Shown: positions 11,903 to 21,826 of the stretch, piece by piece | How positions within the stretch are numbered: position 1 is the stretch's first letter | Layout: each line of letters opens with the position of its first letter | DNA from: Halodesulfurarchaeum sp. | Lineage (GTDB): Archaea > Halobacteriota > Halobacteria > Halobacteriales > Halobacteriaceae | Reading direction: 5' to 3' | NCBI GenBank assembly: GCA_034520565.1 | Contig: JAXHNL010000001.1 | Span: forward strand, 81,482 to 145,481 | DNA length: 64,000 nt | Translations under genes and position numbers: made by a program | Notes under the pieces: model-generated | The model's database searches: none | What the model saw: only the letters and a program-made list of their open reading frames with translations | Told to the model about the DNA's origin: nothing

Positions 11903-12169
11903 GTGTACCAAACGACGGTTGTTCTTTCGTATCCGTCCGGAACCGAGGCGAAGCTCGTCGAGTCGGCACTCCGCCCGGAAGTCGGCGCCATCGAGAGCGA
12001 CCGCACTGCAGTATCGATGACTCGTTCCGGAGCGGAACTCGATCTCGTCGTCGAAGCGGCCGACCCCGTGGCGCTCAGGGCCGGCCAGAACACCTGGCTG
12101 GGCCTTCTCGAAGTCGTGGAAGCGGTCGCCGCGATGGGTCGACGGTTCGAGGAGACGGCGGAGTCGTAA
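11903..12169 (+). CDS. pcc1: KEOPS complex subunit Pcc1
   Basis: Position after rpoP; ALRPE...VEAADPVALRAGQNTWL. Confidence 0.75.
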   Translation: MYQTTVVLSYPSGTEAKLVESALRPEVGAIESDRTAVSMTRSGAELDLVVEAADPVALRAGQNTWLGLLEVVEAVAAMGRRFEETAES

Positions 12170-12224
12170 GGGACCACGAGCAACCATGGTATCGCGGTCG
12201 ATCCTTCCCAGAAAAGCGAGTCGC

Positions 12225-13319
12225 TCAGGGAATGTCGTTCGGGGGCGGGCGTTCTCCCAGTTCGAGTTCGACCTGTATCCGTCGACCGTCTCTGTAGATA
12301 CTGAGCGTTACCGTCTCGCCCGGGCGGGTGTGCAAGAGGAGATACCGGGTGAGGTCCTCGTGGCTTCGAACGGGGGTGCCGTCGATACCGACGATCACGT
12401 CAGCGTCGTCGGGCACTGTTCCGTCCGCCCAGGTCCCGGCCTCGAGCACGCCGTCAGACGGGCCGTCCGGAAGAACCTCCACGACGGCGATCCCGGAGGC
12501 CTCGGGGACCTGGTTGGCGTCCGCCACGTTCGGAGTGACCGGTATCGACCGGATTCCCATGAAGGAGTGTTCGACCTCCCCGTGAGCGATCAGATCTGGG
12601 ACGACGCGTTCGAGGACCCGCGCTGAGATGGCGAACCCGACGTTATCCCCACTTTTTGCCCGATTGACCCCGACAACTGTTCCGTCCATCGAGACGAGCG
12701 GCCCGCCGCTGTTCCCCGGATTGATCGGGGCGTCGGTCTGGACGGTGTCAGGGATCGAAAACCCGTCACCGACCTCCATCGATCGGTTGACACCGCTCAC
12801 GATACCGTGAGTGATCGTTCCCTGGAGCCCGAACGGACTCCCGAATGCCGCAACGAACTGCCCGGGTCGAGGCATTCGATCGGCCACCGGGAGTGGGGTC
12901 GCGGATTCGGGGAGTGATTCGGTCCGGACGACGGCCAGATCGGTGTATACGTCGGTTCCGACGACGGTCGCCGACCGCCAGACCCCGTCCGAGAACTGCA
13001 CCGAAACGTCGGTCGCGTCGGCCACGACGTGGTGGTTGGTGACGATGTAGGTCCCCTCGGAGAGGAATCCGGACCCCTGCGAACTCCCGGTCGGCGTCTC
13101 GACTCGAAGGGTCACCATCGAGTCGGCCGTGGCCTCGTACAGGCCGGTCAGATTGCCTTCGTAAACCGACCCGTTCGACACAGCAGGGACCGTCCCCTCC
13201 GGTGCCGGCGCATCGAGTGACGGACCGGCGTCCGCGCCGAACACGACGACGCCGGCGGAAGCTCCGACGAGAGCCCCCAGAAAGACGGCCAACGCGAAGA
13301 CCCAGATCAGTGGTCGCAT
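12225..13319 (-). CDS. HtrA/DegP-like S1C serine protease with PDZ domain and N-terminal anchor
   Basis: GSGF, TNHHVV, DLAVV, QTDAPINPGNSGGPL; PDZ-like C-terminus. Confidence 0.9.
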   Translation of the reverse strand: MRPLIWVFALAVFLGALVGASAGVVVFGADAGPSLDAPAPEGTVPAVSNGSVYEGNLTGLYEATADSMVTLRVETPTGSSQGSGFLSEGTYIVTNHHVVADATDVSVQFSDGVWRSATVVGTDVYTDLAVVRTESLPESATPLPVADRMPRPGQFVAAFGSPFGLQGTITHGIVSGVNRSMEVGDGFSIPDTVQTDAPINPGNSGGPLVSMDGTVVGVNRAKSGDNVGFAISARVLERVVPDLIAHGEVEHSFMGIRSIPVTPNVADANQVPEASGIAVVEVLPDGPSDGVLEAGTWADGTVPDDADVIVGIDGTPVRSHEDLTRYLLLHTRPGETVTLSIYRDGRRIQVELELGERPPPNDIP

Positions 13320-13496
13320 CGGGTTCTCGTACACGAGCCATCCCTACAAGTGTGCCGGCACCCGGTTTGCCCACGGTGTCTCCTTGCTGAAAGGCGAGTT
13401 TCGGCCGGTTTGTGGCGGAAATCGGGCCCACGGCGTCCGTTCACACGGCGGATCAACAACCGGGGACTTTTTAGTCGGCCCCACTTCCTCACGACC

Positions 13497-13888
13497 ATGC
13501 AGGGCAACCTTCCGCCGGAAGCACGGAGAAAATCGAAGATCTCGAAGACCTTCAGGAGACCGCCCAGAAGGTTTCGATGCAGAAACAGCAGGCCGAATCC
13601 GAACTCACCGAGACCGAGACGGCACTCGAGGAACTCGAGACCATCGACGAGAACACGACCATGTACCGCGAGGTCGGCGAACTCCTCGTCGAGACCGATT
13701 ACGCCGCAGCCGAGGAAGCACTCGAAGACAAGGCCGACACACTCGAGGTCCGCGTCCAGACCCTAAAGAAGCAGGAGAACCGCGTCCGAGAGCAGTTCGA
13801 GGAGATCCAGGGCGAACTCCAGGAACTCCTCTCGGGCGGTGGCGCTGCGGGCGGCGCCGCAGGCGGGCCGCCGTCCCCCGATATGTAA
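13497..13888 (+). CDS. pfdB: Prefoldin beta subunit; frameshift near 13525
   Basis: MQGNLPPEA start, then a shifted frame with LQETAQKV...[12 protein letters not shown] and coiled coil. Confidence 0.88.
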
Positions 13889-13890
13889 AG

Positions 13891-14130
13891 ATGGCCGACG
13901 CCGACGCAGTCGTGGAAACGGCAAGCGAGGCGGCCCACGGCTACGTCTTTTCCCGCCTCAACAAATCGACCGTCGACGACATCGATCTCGCGGTCTCCTT
14001 CGAGGACGACGTCCTCGAGGTCGAGATTTCGATCGTCGCCCCCGATGCCGACGCCGACCTCGAACAGATCGCCGAGGACGCCGTTCGAGTCGCCGGCGAC
14101 GCGGCCGACGAGCTGTTCGATCAGGCGTAA
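13891..14130 (+). CDS. DUF3194-like protein
   Basis: Conserved position after pfdB; VVETASEAAHGYVFSR...AADELF. Confidence 0.7.
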   Translation: MADADAVVETASEAAHGYVFSRLNKSTVDDIDLAVSFEDDVLEVEISIVAPDADADLEQIAEDAVRVAGDAADELFDQA

Positions 14131-14171
14131 GCGACAAACAACGGGTCCGTCACCGGCAGACCCTGGTTTCC

Positions 14172-16037
14172 TCAAGTAAGCACGAAAATCAGGAGCGTAA
14201 TCGCAGCCGAGCCCACGATGACCGCGGCCAGAAGGCCCCCACCCATCGAAATGACGGCGTTTGCCTGACTCGCGAGCGTCTCGGTGCGGTCGTTGCCAAA
14301 GACCGTTACCTCGGCGGTTTCCGAGGCCATTCCCGCCTCCACGGGTTCGAGATCCGCGTGGGCCCGGTCGACGAGGTCGCTGATTCGTGAGACGAGTTCG
14401 CCGTGATCGACGGCCGCACCCACCTGGTTCGAGGACTGGACGGTGTTCACGATGTGGGTGTCCGTCGTCATTACTTCGACCTCGTCGACCCCTTCGATCG
14501 CATTGACTATCCAGTCTCGCAGCCCCGGTTCCATGTTGTTACCGTCGACGAGGACGTACGCGACGCGGGTTCCGGCGACGGCGAGCACCGCAACGCGAAT
14601 ACCAAGCGGCCCGATCCCCTCCGCCGGTTTCCAGTTCGTCGGTTCCCAGGCTATCCCGAGTTTCATCGGCCCGGACTTCGTCCCGTCGAGTTCGGAAGCG
14701 GCGTCGCTTACAGCCTGGATCAACTCGAAGGAGCGGCGGCTCCCCGGAACGACGTGTCCGAGGCCATCACCGCCCTGCAGGCCGTCGTTGCTGTTGTGTG
14801 CATCGACGATCAAGATATCCGAAAGACCTTGGACTCGGGCTTCCGCGCCGGCCGCGAGCCCCACGGCGTAGTCGATGTCGTCCGCAAACCCCGGCGCGAA
14901 GGTGGCCACGAACAGCCCGTCGCCATCAACCCGCTGCCCCAACACGGAGGCGTCGCCCTTCTCGATCCGGACCGGCGGGGTCGCCTCGTCGGTGTACTCG
15001 ATCCGCTCGGCCGCCCGTTCGGCCGCGTCGATAAGCGTGTCGACCTCGCGTTCGGTCACGAGATTGAAGTCGTGGCCAGCAGTCGCATGTGGCGGGAAGG
15101 CCAACCCGTCGGCGGACTCGGCGACCCGCTGGGGAAGGTTTCCCCCGCCGATGTCGCCCATCGGGCCGGGGTGGATCATCGGAAGGACCCAGCGGGCCTT
15201 CTCCGAACCGTCCGCTCGTCGGAACGAGAGCACCGTCACGGGAACGACGGCTTCCTCGCCGATCTTCTCGAAGAAGTCCTCGAGTTCCCGGGACCCCTCC
15301 GCGATGTGGCCGATGAAGCCTCGGAGGAAATCCAGTGCGCTGACGTCCAGGCTCCGGCGCCACGGGCGGTCGAGGACCCGAAGAAACGCGTAGGCGATGG
15401 CGGTGTAGAGTGCGGACATCCCGATCAATAGCGCAAAATCGCCCGGAACGAAGGCGTTCGTGATCTCTGGAGGGGCGTGTTCGGGCCTGGACAGCAGGGC
15501 CTGGAGGTAGGGCAGGTCCCCGAGGACGAGGAAGTTCATCGTCCCGCTGTAAACGAAGAGGAACACCCCCGCCGTCAGGGTCTGAATGCTCGCGGGCACG
15601 AGGGAGGCGAGCGGGTGGGTCCGGGAGACGGCGTGGACGACGAGGAAGCGAAACGCGAAAATGAGCGCGAGTGCCCCGATGAGGGCGTCGTACACGAAGT
15701 TCTGCCCGAGAGCGGTGATCGTCGCGACGAGCCCGGCGACGACGAGGACCGCGACCGCGATCAGCAGACTAACCGTCGCGAGCAGGGTCGAACGGTTGAA
15801 CGTGAACTGTCCGCCGAGGGCCCGGTCGAGCGGGGCCGTCAGAACGCTCGCGATCAGCGTCGGAATGCCCAGGTAAAAGAGGCCGAGCCATGCGTCCTCC
15901 AGGACGAACCGGGAGTCGAAGGCGGCGACCCCCACCAGCACGGCGATGACCATGCCGAACGCCATCGTCGCGTACCACCGCGGGGTCCGGAAGATGTACC
16001 GGGAGAGCCCGGCCAGTTCGCCCTGTGTCGTGGTCAT
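14172..16037 (-). CDS. DUF2070-family membrane protein
   Basis: Multiple TM segments; IHPGPMGDIGGGNLP, HDFN, DAHN, DGNN, TTDTH. Confidence 0.85.
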   Translation of the reverse strand: MTTTQGELAGLSRYIFRTPRWYATMAFGMVIAVLVGVAAFDSRFVLEDAWLGLFYLGIPTLIASVLTAPLDRALGGQFTFNRSTLLATVSLLIAVAVLVVAGLVATITALGQNFVYDALIGALALIFAFRFLVVHAVSRTHPLASLVPASIQTLTAGVFLFVYSGTMNFLVLGDLPYLQALLSRPEHAPPEITNAFVPGDFALLIGMSALYTAIAYAFLRVLDRPWRRSLDVSALDFLRGFIGHIAEGSRELEDFFEKIGEEAVVPVTVLSFRRADGSEKARWVLPMIHPGPMGDIGGGNLPQRVAESADGLAFPPHATAGHDFNLVTEREVDTLIDAAERAAERIEYTDEATPPVRIEKGDASVLGQRVDGDGLFVATFAPGFADDIDYAVGLAAGAEARVQGLSDILIVDAHNSNDGLQGGDGLGHVVPGSRRSFELIQAVSDAASELDGTKSGPMKLGIAWEPTNWKPAEGIGPLGIRVAVLAVAGTRVAYVLVDGNNMEPGLRDWIVNAIEGVDEVEVMTTDTHIVNTVQSSNQVGAAVDHGELVSRISDLVDRAHADLEPVEAGMASETAEVTVFGNDRTETLASQANAVISMGGGLLAAVIVGSAAITLLIFVLT

Positions 16038-16039
16038 GG

Positions 16040-16591
16040 TTACTCGCAGATGTTTCGAAAGTTCGCAAACAGTTCATCGCCGCCTTCTGTGTGAGCGACT
16101 TCCGGATGCCATTGCACCCCGTACAGGTCCCGGTCGGTGTCGGACATCGCCTCGACCCCACAGACGTCGCTCTCGGCGGTCCGGGTAAATCCTGCGGGGA
16201 CCTCGAGTACCTCGTCGGCGTGGCTCGCCCAGGTTCGAATCGAGGGCGCCAGTGAACCGACGAGTGGGTCAGTTTCGTCGAGAATCGTCACCTCGACGTC
16301 GGCGTAGCCCCCGTAGTCGCCTTCGCCGACCTCGCCGCCCAGTTCGCGGGCAATCAACTGGTGGCCGAGACAGATCCCCAGAACCGGAATATCGAGTTCG
16401 AGGTAGGCGGCCGAATTGCCCGTCTCGTCGATTGAGGGGCCCCCGGAGAGGACGAGTCCGTCGGCCTCGATCTCCGCCGGAGGCGTGGTATTATCGATCA
16501 GTTCCGTCTCCACACCCGGCAAATCCCGGAGCAACCGGTGCTCGAGATGGGTGAACTGGCCGTGGTTGTCAACCACGTGGATCTTCGTCAT
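16040..16591 (-). CDS. guaAa: GMP synthase subunit A (glutamine amidotransferase)
   Basis: DNHGQFTHL, SGGP, GICLGHQ, QWHPEV. Confidence 0.93.
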   Translation of the reverse strand: MTKIHVVDNHGQFTHLEHRLLRDLPGVETELIDNTTPPAEIEADGLVLSGGPSIDETGNSAAYLELDIPVLGICLGHQLIARELGGEVGEGDYGGYADVEVTILDETDPLVGSLAPSIRTWASHADEVLEVPAGFTRTAESDVCGVEAMSDTDRDLYGVQWHPEVAHTEGGDELFANFRNICE

Positions 16592-16650
16592 TGGCGTGGT
16601 CTATCCGTGACGGACTCAAAAACCCACCCGTTCGAACCGAGCGGCCGCCG

Positions 16651-17166
16651 TTAGTCCTCGTCCCACCGCTCGCGAGCCGTCTCGAAGGTGAGTTCGGCCA
16701 GTTCCTCGGTCCGCCGCGCCTCGGCGGCAGCGATGGCCTCGGGATCCGGGTTCACCGCGTCGTCGATCCGAGCCCAGGAGTCGTGGACGGCCGCGTGGCA
16801 CCACCGACAGAGCGTGACCGTGATCTCGTGGGAGACGTCCCGCTCGTCGGGGTAGACGAGGTGGTGTTCCTCGAGGAGCGGCCGGGAGTCGTCGAGGGCC
16901 TGGCGACGCTCCTCGAGTCCGCAGCGAGCACACGCGTGGGAGTTGCTTCTCGAGCGGTAGTGTGGACAGTCGGCCCAGTCCCAATCCGCCGTGGCGACCG
17001 GACAGGCGAAATCCGCCTCGCGCCGGCGAGCCGCGAAGTCCGGATCGCGATCCGGCAGATCGAGGGGAAACCGGCAGGTACCTTCGCTCGTGACGTGATC
17101 GCAGCGACCCGCAACCGCGTAGGGATCGGACACACCCACGCTCGTCCCGGTCGGCGTTCGCTTCAC
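16651..17166 (-). CDS. Cys-rich hypothetical protein with an HNH-like Zn-binding region
   Basis: GTG start (MKRTPTGTSVGV); CARC...EEHH...LCRWCHAAVH. Confidence 0.7.
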   Translation of the reverse strand: MKRTPTGTSVGVSDPYAVAGRCDHVTSEGTCRFPLDLPDRDPDFAARRREADFACPVATADWDWADCPHYRSRSNSHACARCGLEERRQALDDSRPLLEEHHLVYPDERDVSHEITVTLCRWCHAAVHDSWARIDDAVNPDPEAIAAAEARRTEELAELTFETARERWDED

Positions 17167-17188
17167 AGTCGGGCAAAACAGCCGAGTC

Positions 17189-17303
17189 GGGGAATCGTTT
17201 TCGGCCATCCCAATGCGGAGCACGACCACCGGATGGGGAATCGTTTTCGGGCATTCCAGACCGGAGCACGACCGCCGGATTGGGGAATCCTTTTCGACAC
17301 CCC
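17189..17303. repeat. 46-bp imperfect tandem repeat (~2.4 copies) in a divergent intergenic region
   Basis: GGGGAATCGTTTTCGG...GGAGCACGACC.CCGGAT at 17189 and 17235; partial copy at 17282. Confidence 0.85.
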
Positions 17304-17319
17304 GGTCCCACCGGTGCTC

Positions 17320-17688
17320 GTGCAGATCGTTCACGGGCCTGTGGAGAAACGAACCGGTTCTGCAGCCGAGGAGCAGGTGCTCGCGACAGACGTCTCGATC
17401 GCCGAAACAACCCTGGAAAAGTTGAAAGGGGTGATGTTCCAGCAGTCCCTTCCACCCGACTATGGACTCGTCTTTCCCTTCGAGACGGCCACGAAACGGG
17501 GCGTTCACATGCTCTTTGTTCGCGTTCCCATCGACGTCGTCTGGACTGTAGAGGGGACGGTGACGGCCGTAAAGACCCTCGAACCGTGGACGGGCTACGG
17601 ACGCGAGCGTGCAGACGAGATCATCGAACTGCCAGCAGGTGCGGCTGCACGGGTTTCGGTGGGCGATCGGGTCTGCCGCCAGAAGTGA
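17320..17688 (+). CDS. DUF192-family protein
   Basis: GVMFQ, GLVFPF, HMLFVRVPIDVVW, IIELPAG. Confidence 0.85.
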   Translation: MQIVHGPVEKRTGSAAEEQVLATDVSIAETTLEKLKGVMFQQSLPPDYGLVFPFETATKRGVHMLFVRVPIDVVWTVEGTVTAVKTLEPWTGYGRERADEIIELPAGAAARVSVGDRVCRQK

Positions 17689-17818
17689 ACGGCTCGCCGG
17701 TCCGGGCTGCCCGGCAGGGGAGCCGGACTGGAGCAGAAGTCCCGCCCACGACTGGAGTGATTTAAATAGGAGCGCCTCATTCGAAGATGTGTGGCAGCGA
17801 TGACCACGGATCGATTTA

Positions 17819-19336
17819 TTGCGGGTGCAAACTAGCGCACCCCCCGACGACGACGTACAGCTCCTCGATACCACGCTGCGGGACGGCGAACAAGCCCCGG
17901 GAGTCTCGCTTACGGCCGAGCAGAAAGTCGAGATCGCTCGCGCGCTCTCGAAGGCGGGGGTTTCCGTCATCGAGGCGGGGAGCGCCTGCACCGGGCCGGG
18001 CGAACAGCGGGCGATCGAACGGGTCACGGAACTCGACCTCGATGCGACGGTCACCAGTTTCGCCCGCGGGGTGAAACACGACGTCGACCTCGCGATCGAC
18101 GCCGGCGTCGACGGGATCAACCTCGTCGTGCCGGCCAGCGATCGCCATATCGAGACGAAAGTCGGCACGTCGAAGGCCGGTGTGCGAGAGACGACGGCCG
18201 AACTCGTCGAGTACACAAAAGTTCACGACCTCTGGGTCGAGGTGATCGGCGAGGACGGCAGTCGCGCGGAACCCGCATTCCTCGAAGATCTCGCGAAGGT
18301 TTCCCACGACGCGGGCGCCGACCGGTTCGCCTACGCGGACACGGTCGGGCACGCTACTCCCGACCAGGTCGCCGAGTCCATCGAGCGCCTCGCTGAACTG
18401 GGGCCGGTGAGCGTCCACACCCACGACGACCTCGGTCTCGCGCTCATGAACGCCCTCGCGGGTGTGGGCGCGGGCGCCGATCTGGTTCACGCGACCGTCA
18501 ACGGTATCGGCGAGCGGGCCGGAAACGTGGCCCTCGAAGAGGTCGTCATCTCGCTTTTCCACGGCTACGACATCGAGACCGTGGAAACCGAGTCCCTCTA
18601 CGGACTCGCCACGCTCGTCTCCGACGCGATGGGTCTCGAATTGCCCCCGAACAAGGCGGTGAGCGGTCAGAACGCCTTCGCCCACGAGAGCGGCATCCAC
18701 ACCGACGGCACGCTCAAGGACGAACGGATGTACGAACCCTACCCGCCGGAGACAGTGGGTCGGGAGCGCCGGCTCGTCCTCGGCAAACACGCCGGAAGAG
18801 CCGGGGTGCGAGCCGCCCTCGAGGAACAGAACGTCTCGGTCGACGAGGACCAACTCGACGAGATCGCCTCCCGAGTCAAGGCCCTCGGCGAACGGGGCAA
18901 GCGGGTCACCGACACCGACCTCATGGCCATCGCGGAGGACGTCACGGACGTCGACCGCGAACGCCAGGTCGAACTCCTCGACCTCACCGCCGCCAGCGGT
19001 TCGGGGACTCCCACCGCGAGCGTCAGACTGCGTGTCGGCGACGAGGAACGGGTCGCCAGCGGCACCGGAAGCGGCCCGGTCGACGCCGGAATGACGGCGG
19101 TCCGAAAGGCCCTGGGGAATCTCACGTTCCACCTCCAGGAGTACCACGTCGACGCCATCACGGGTGGGACCGACGCCGTCGTCACCGTCGAGGTTACCCT
19201 TTCGCGGGGGGACCGGTCGGTCACCGCCACGGGCAGCGAGGCCGACATCACCCTCGGCAGCGTCCACGCCATCGTCGACGGCCTGGACCGGTTACTGGCG
19301 GACGAGAACGGAGAATCGCTCCCGGCCGACGACTGA
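17819..19336 (+). CDS. cimA: (R)-citramalate synthase / 2-isopropylmalate synthase family
   Basis: DTTLRDGEQ, HTHDDLG, GERAGN, HESGIH, GKHAG, GSGPVDA; start uncertain. Confidence 0.8.
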   Translation: MRVQTSAPPDDDVQLLDTTLRDGEQAPGVSLTAEQKVEIARALSKAGVSVIEAGSACTGPGEQRAIERVTELDLDATVTSFARGVKHDVDLAIDAGVDGINLVVPASDRHIETKVGTSKAGVRETTAELVEYTKVHDLWVEVIGEDGSRAEPAFLEDLAKVSHDAGADRFAYADTVGHATPDQVAESIERLAELGPVSVHTHDDLGLALMNALAGVGAGADLVHATVNGIGERAGNVALEEVVISLFHGYDIETVETESLYGLATLVSDAMGLELPPNKAVSGQNAFAHESGIHTDGTLKDERMYEPYPPETVGRERRLVLGKHAGRAGVRAALEEQNVSVDEDQLDEIASRVKALGERGKRVTDTDLMAIAEDVTDVDRERQVELLDLTAASGSGTPTASVRLRVGDEERVASGTGSGPVDAGMTAVRKALGNLTFHLQEYHVDAITGGTDAVVTVEVTLSRGDRSVTATGSEADITLGSVHAIVDGLDRLLADENGESLPADD

Positions 19337-19419
19337 ACGGCGTTTCCCGTGCTCCGGGACCCCCTGATCGAGAGACGAAGACCGACTAGTCGTTGTACTG
19401 CCGGGACTGCAAAGAAAAG

Positions 19420-19504
19420 CGCCGAGGGTGCGATTTGAACGCACGAGTCCTGACGGACAGTTGCTCTCGAAGCAACCGCCTTGGCCGGGCTAGGCTACCT
19501 CGGC
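19420..19504 (-). tRNA. tRNA-Ser (anticodon CGA)
   Basis: Reverse complement reads GCCGAGGTAGCCTAGCCCGGCCAAGGCG-GTTGC-TT-CGA-GA-GCAAC, long variable arm, then GTTCAAATC...CCTCGGCG. Confidence 0.93.
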
Positions 19505-19705
19505 GCAGGTAGTTCTTACCGACAGACGGCATTTGTCCGTTTCGGTTCCCGGTCGGCCGAACCGAACGATTGGATTCCCGACCAATTTCCACAGTGTGCA
19601 TATTTCCACACTCGGGTCCGTCGATTCGAAACCGGGAAAACAGGTTAGAAATCATATGGTTTTGCGCGGATGTGCGAGCGTTTACAAACAGGGACGAGGC
19701 AAAGG

Positions 19706-21826
19706 ATGGACATGGAGAGCGAGTTGCCGGCGAGCGTCCCGGGCCCGGTCCCCCCTGACGACCGGCGGGCCTGGTACGCCCCGGCAGTCAGATCGCAGTA
19801 TCCCGTGACACACGGGATCGTCGCGACCGTCGTGGAGGACGAGGATGGGTACCGATACCGGGTTCGAGAGCCACGGCTGAGCGACAGCGAGGCTGCGGCT
19901 CTCGAACAGGTCGAATCCAGATTCGATGACGTCCCGCTCTCCAGGCCCCGGACCCGGGCCGGGGCGGTCGAGCGAGTAGAAGACGGGCTTCCAGAGCGGC
20001 TCCGAAACCGAATCAACCACATCGAGAATCGGAGCCCGGCCGGTCGACGTCGATTGTCGTATCATCTTCTGGCCTCGTTGCGATCACTCGGCCAGCTGAC
20101 ACCCCTCGCGCTGGACGACCGGGTCAGAATCGCCGACACGGCGGCGGATCGGCTGGCGGTCCACACCCGCGATTTCGCCCCTGCAATTACCGACCTCCCC
20201 GCCGAGACGCCCTATCTCGAGCGGTTTCTCGGCGAACGGGTCACGCGAAAAGAAGTCGACGTCTTCGGTTTCGAGATCCCTGTGACGATCGTTCGGGGGC
20301 ATCTCCTCGGGAGTGACGACTTCGACCTGAGCTACGTCGTCGGTGAGCCTGATCTGCTCCCCGGGGACCGGGAGCTGATCGAGACGGTCAAAGAGCGGAT
20401 CCTCGAAGCACCACCGAACGGCGTGCTCGAAGGCGAGTACGCCGGCGTCACCGAGCGAGCGCGAACGCTCCTCCGTCGACGGTTCGGGTATCGGCCACTC
20501 CTTCGCCTGACCGAACTGTTTCCGGGACAGGGGCGCCGGCGTGTTCGGCCTCGATTCGGCCGAGATACAGCCGAATCGACGTCGCGGACCGGGCGACTCG
20601 ATGCCCTCGCATACTACGTGACCCGGGACCTGGTCGGGGACGGCAAGTTGACGGTGCCGCTCCGCGATTCCGGCATTCGGGCCATCGAGGCGGACAACAC
20701 CGGAGGAAAGATCAGCGTCGTGTCTCGCCGCGAGGGAGCGGTCGCAGATACCCGGTTGCACACGACGCTTTCGATCAACGAGACCGACGAGTTCGTCGAT
20801 CTCGCACGGTCCCTCGCCGCCGAAGGGGGCGTGGAGTTGAGCGTCGATCGGCCGACTGCCACGGTTTCGCTCGAGCGGAACACCGACGGTGGGCAGCGGA
20901 CCATGCACTGCTCGATCGCCCTTCCGGGAACAGACGATCGTGGCCACGTTTCGATCGCCACCGGGCGCGAGACGCCCCCGACGCCAATCGCCCTCGTCGA
21001 GCGGGGCCAATTGACCGCCGAACTCGTCGCCGCGATCTGGACCGCAGCCGCGGCGGGCGGCTCGGTCGTGTTTCTCGGACCGGTCGACGCGGAACCGGCC
21101 GCTGTCCTCGGGGCCCACGCACCGTTCATTCCCGCCACCGAACGGCCCGTGGCAATCGGCCCCGGGGCCACGCAGGTCGACCTGCCCCAGGAAACGGCCC
21201 TCGCGCTCCCCCAGGAAAGCGGGAGCCACGATGAACACCGGTGGGCGACTCGGATCGAGCGGGACGCGTTACACCCGGACGTGGCGGTAATCGCGGAACT
21301 GAATTCTCCCGGCGGGCTCGAGCGGTTCGGAACGATCCTGGCCAGCGGCCGGCAGGTCTTTGCCGCGGGACGCATCGCGAGCCGATCGCTCTTTGCCACC
21401 AGTCTCGCCCGGGCCGAAATCGAGCACCAGATCCGGTCGGGCGTCGACCTCGTGGTGGAACTCCCCCTTCCCGGTGCCGAGACGGTAGCGACGGGATGGC
21501 GCCCGGTAGAACCGGCGGCAACCGAGGCGCCGGAGGAACGGTCACATGCAGAATCCAACGGTCGGGTCGCCTGGGAGCGCCTGTTCGATCCGGAGGAGGC
21601 GGCCGACCAGCAATCCCTTTCGAGCCGATTCGTGGACGGCCTGCGTGGGTTCCGGTCGGCTTCGGATCTGTCCCTCGAGAGCGCGTTTTCCCGAAGGAAG
21701 CGGTACGTCCAGTACCTTCTCTCCGAGGGGGCGACCGACCGGGAGAGTCTCATGCGCTTCCTGGCCGACCTCCGGACCGACGAGGCAGCGACCATCGAAC
21801 GCATCCGGGACCGGAACGAGCGATGA
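19706..21826 (+). CDS. PilB/FlaI-like secretion ATPase homolog with degenerate Walker motifs
   Basis: Two FlaI-type N-terminal blocks (YRVREP / YVVGEP; RDLVGDGKLTVPLRD); TPIALVERG; RRKRYVQYL tail; translationally coupled to a T2SSF-like gene. Confidence 0.7.
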   Translation: MDMESELPASVPGPVPPDDRRAWYAPAVRSQYPVTHGIVATVVEDEDGYRYRVREPRLSDSEAAALEQVESRFDDVPLSRPRTRAGAVERVEDGLPERLRNRINHIENRSPAGRRRLSYHLLASLRSLGQLTPLALDDRVRIADTAADRLAVHTRDFAPAITDLPAETPYLERFLGERVTRKEVDVFGFEIPVTIVRGHLLGSDDFDLSYVVGEPDLLPGDRELIETVKERILEAPPNGVLEGEYAGVTERARTLLRRRFGYRPLLRLTELFPGQGRRRVRPRFGRDTAESTSRTGRLDALAYYVTRDLVGDGKLTVPLRDSGIRAIEADNTGGKISVVSRREGAVADTRLHTTLSINETDEFVDLARSLAAEGGVELSVDRPTATVSLERNTDGGQRTMHCSIALPGTDDRGHVSIATGRETPPTPIALVERGQLTAELVAAIWTAAAAGGSVVFLGPVDAEPAAVLGAHAPFIPATERPVAIGPGATQVDLPQETALALPQESGSHDEHRWATRIERDALHPDVAVIAELNSPGGLERFGTILASGRQVFAAGRIASRSLFATSLARAEIEHQIRSGVDLVVELPLPGAETVATGWRPVEPAATEAPEERSHAESNGRVAWERLFDPEEAADQQSLSSRFVDGLRGFRSASDLSLESAFSRRKRYVQYLLSEGATDRESLMRFLADLRTDEAATIERIRDRNER

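Noticed and set aside
10027-17303. The two tandem repeats (10027 and 17189) as CRISPR arrays
   Set aside because: Units are contiguous without unique spacers, and no cas genes are present.
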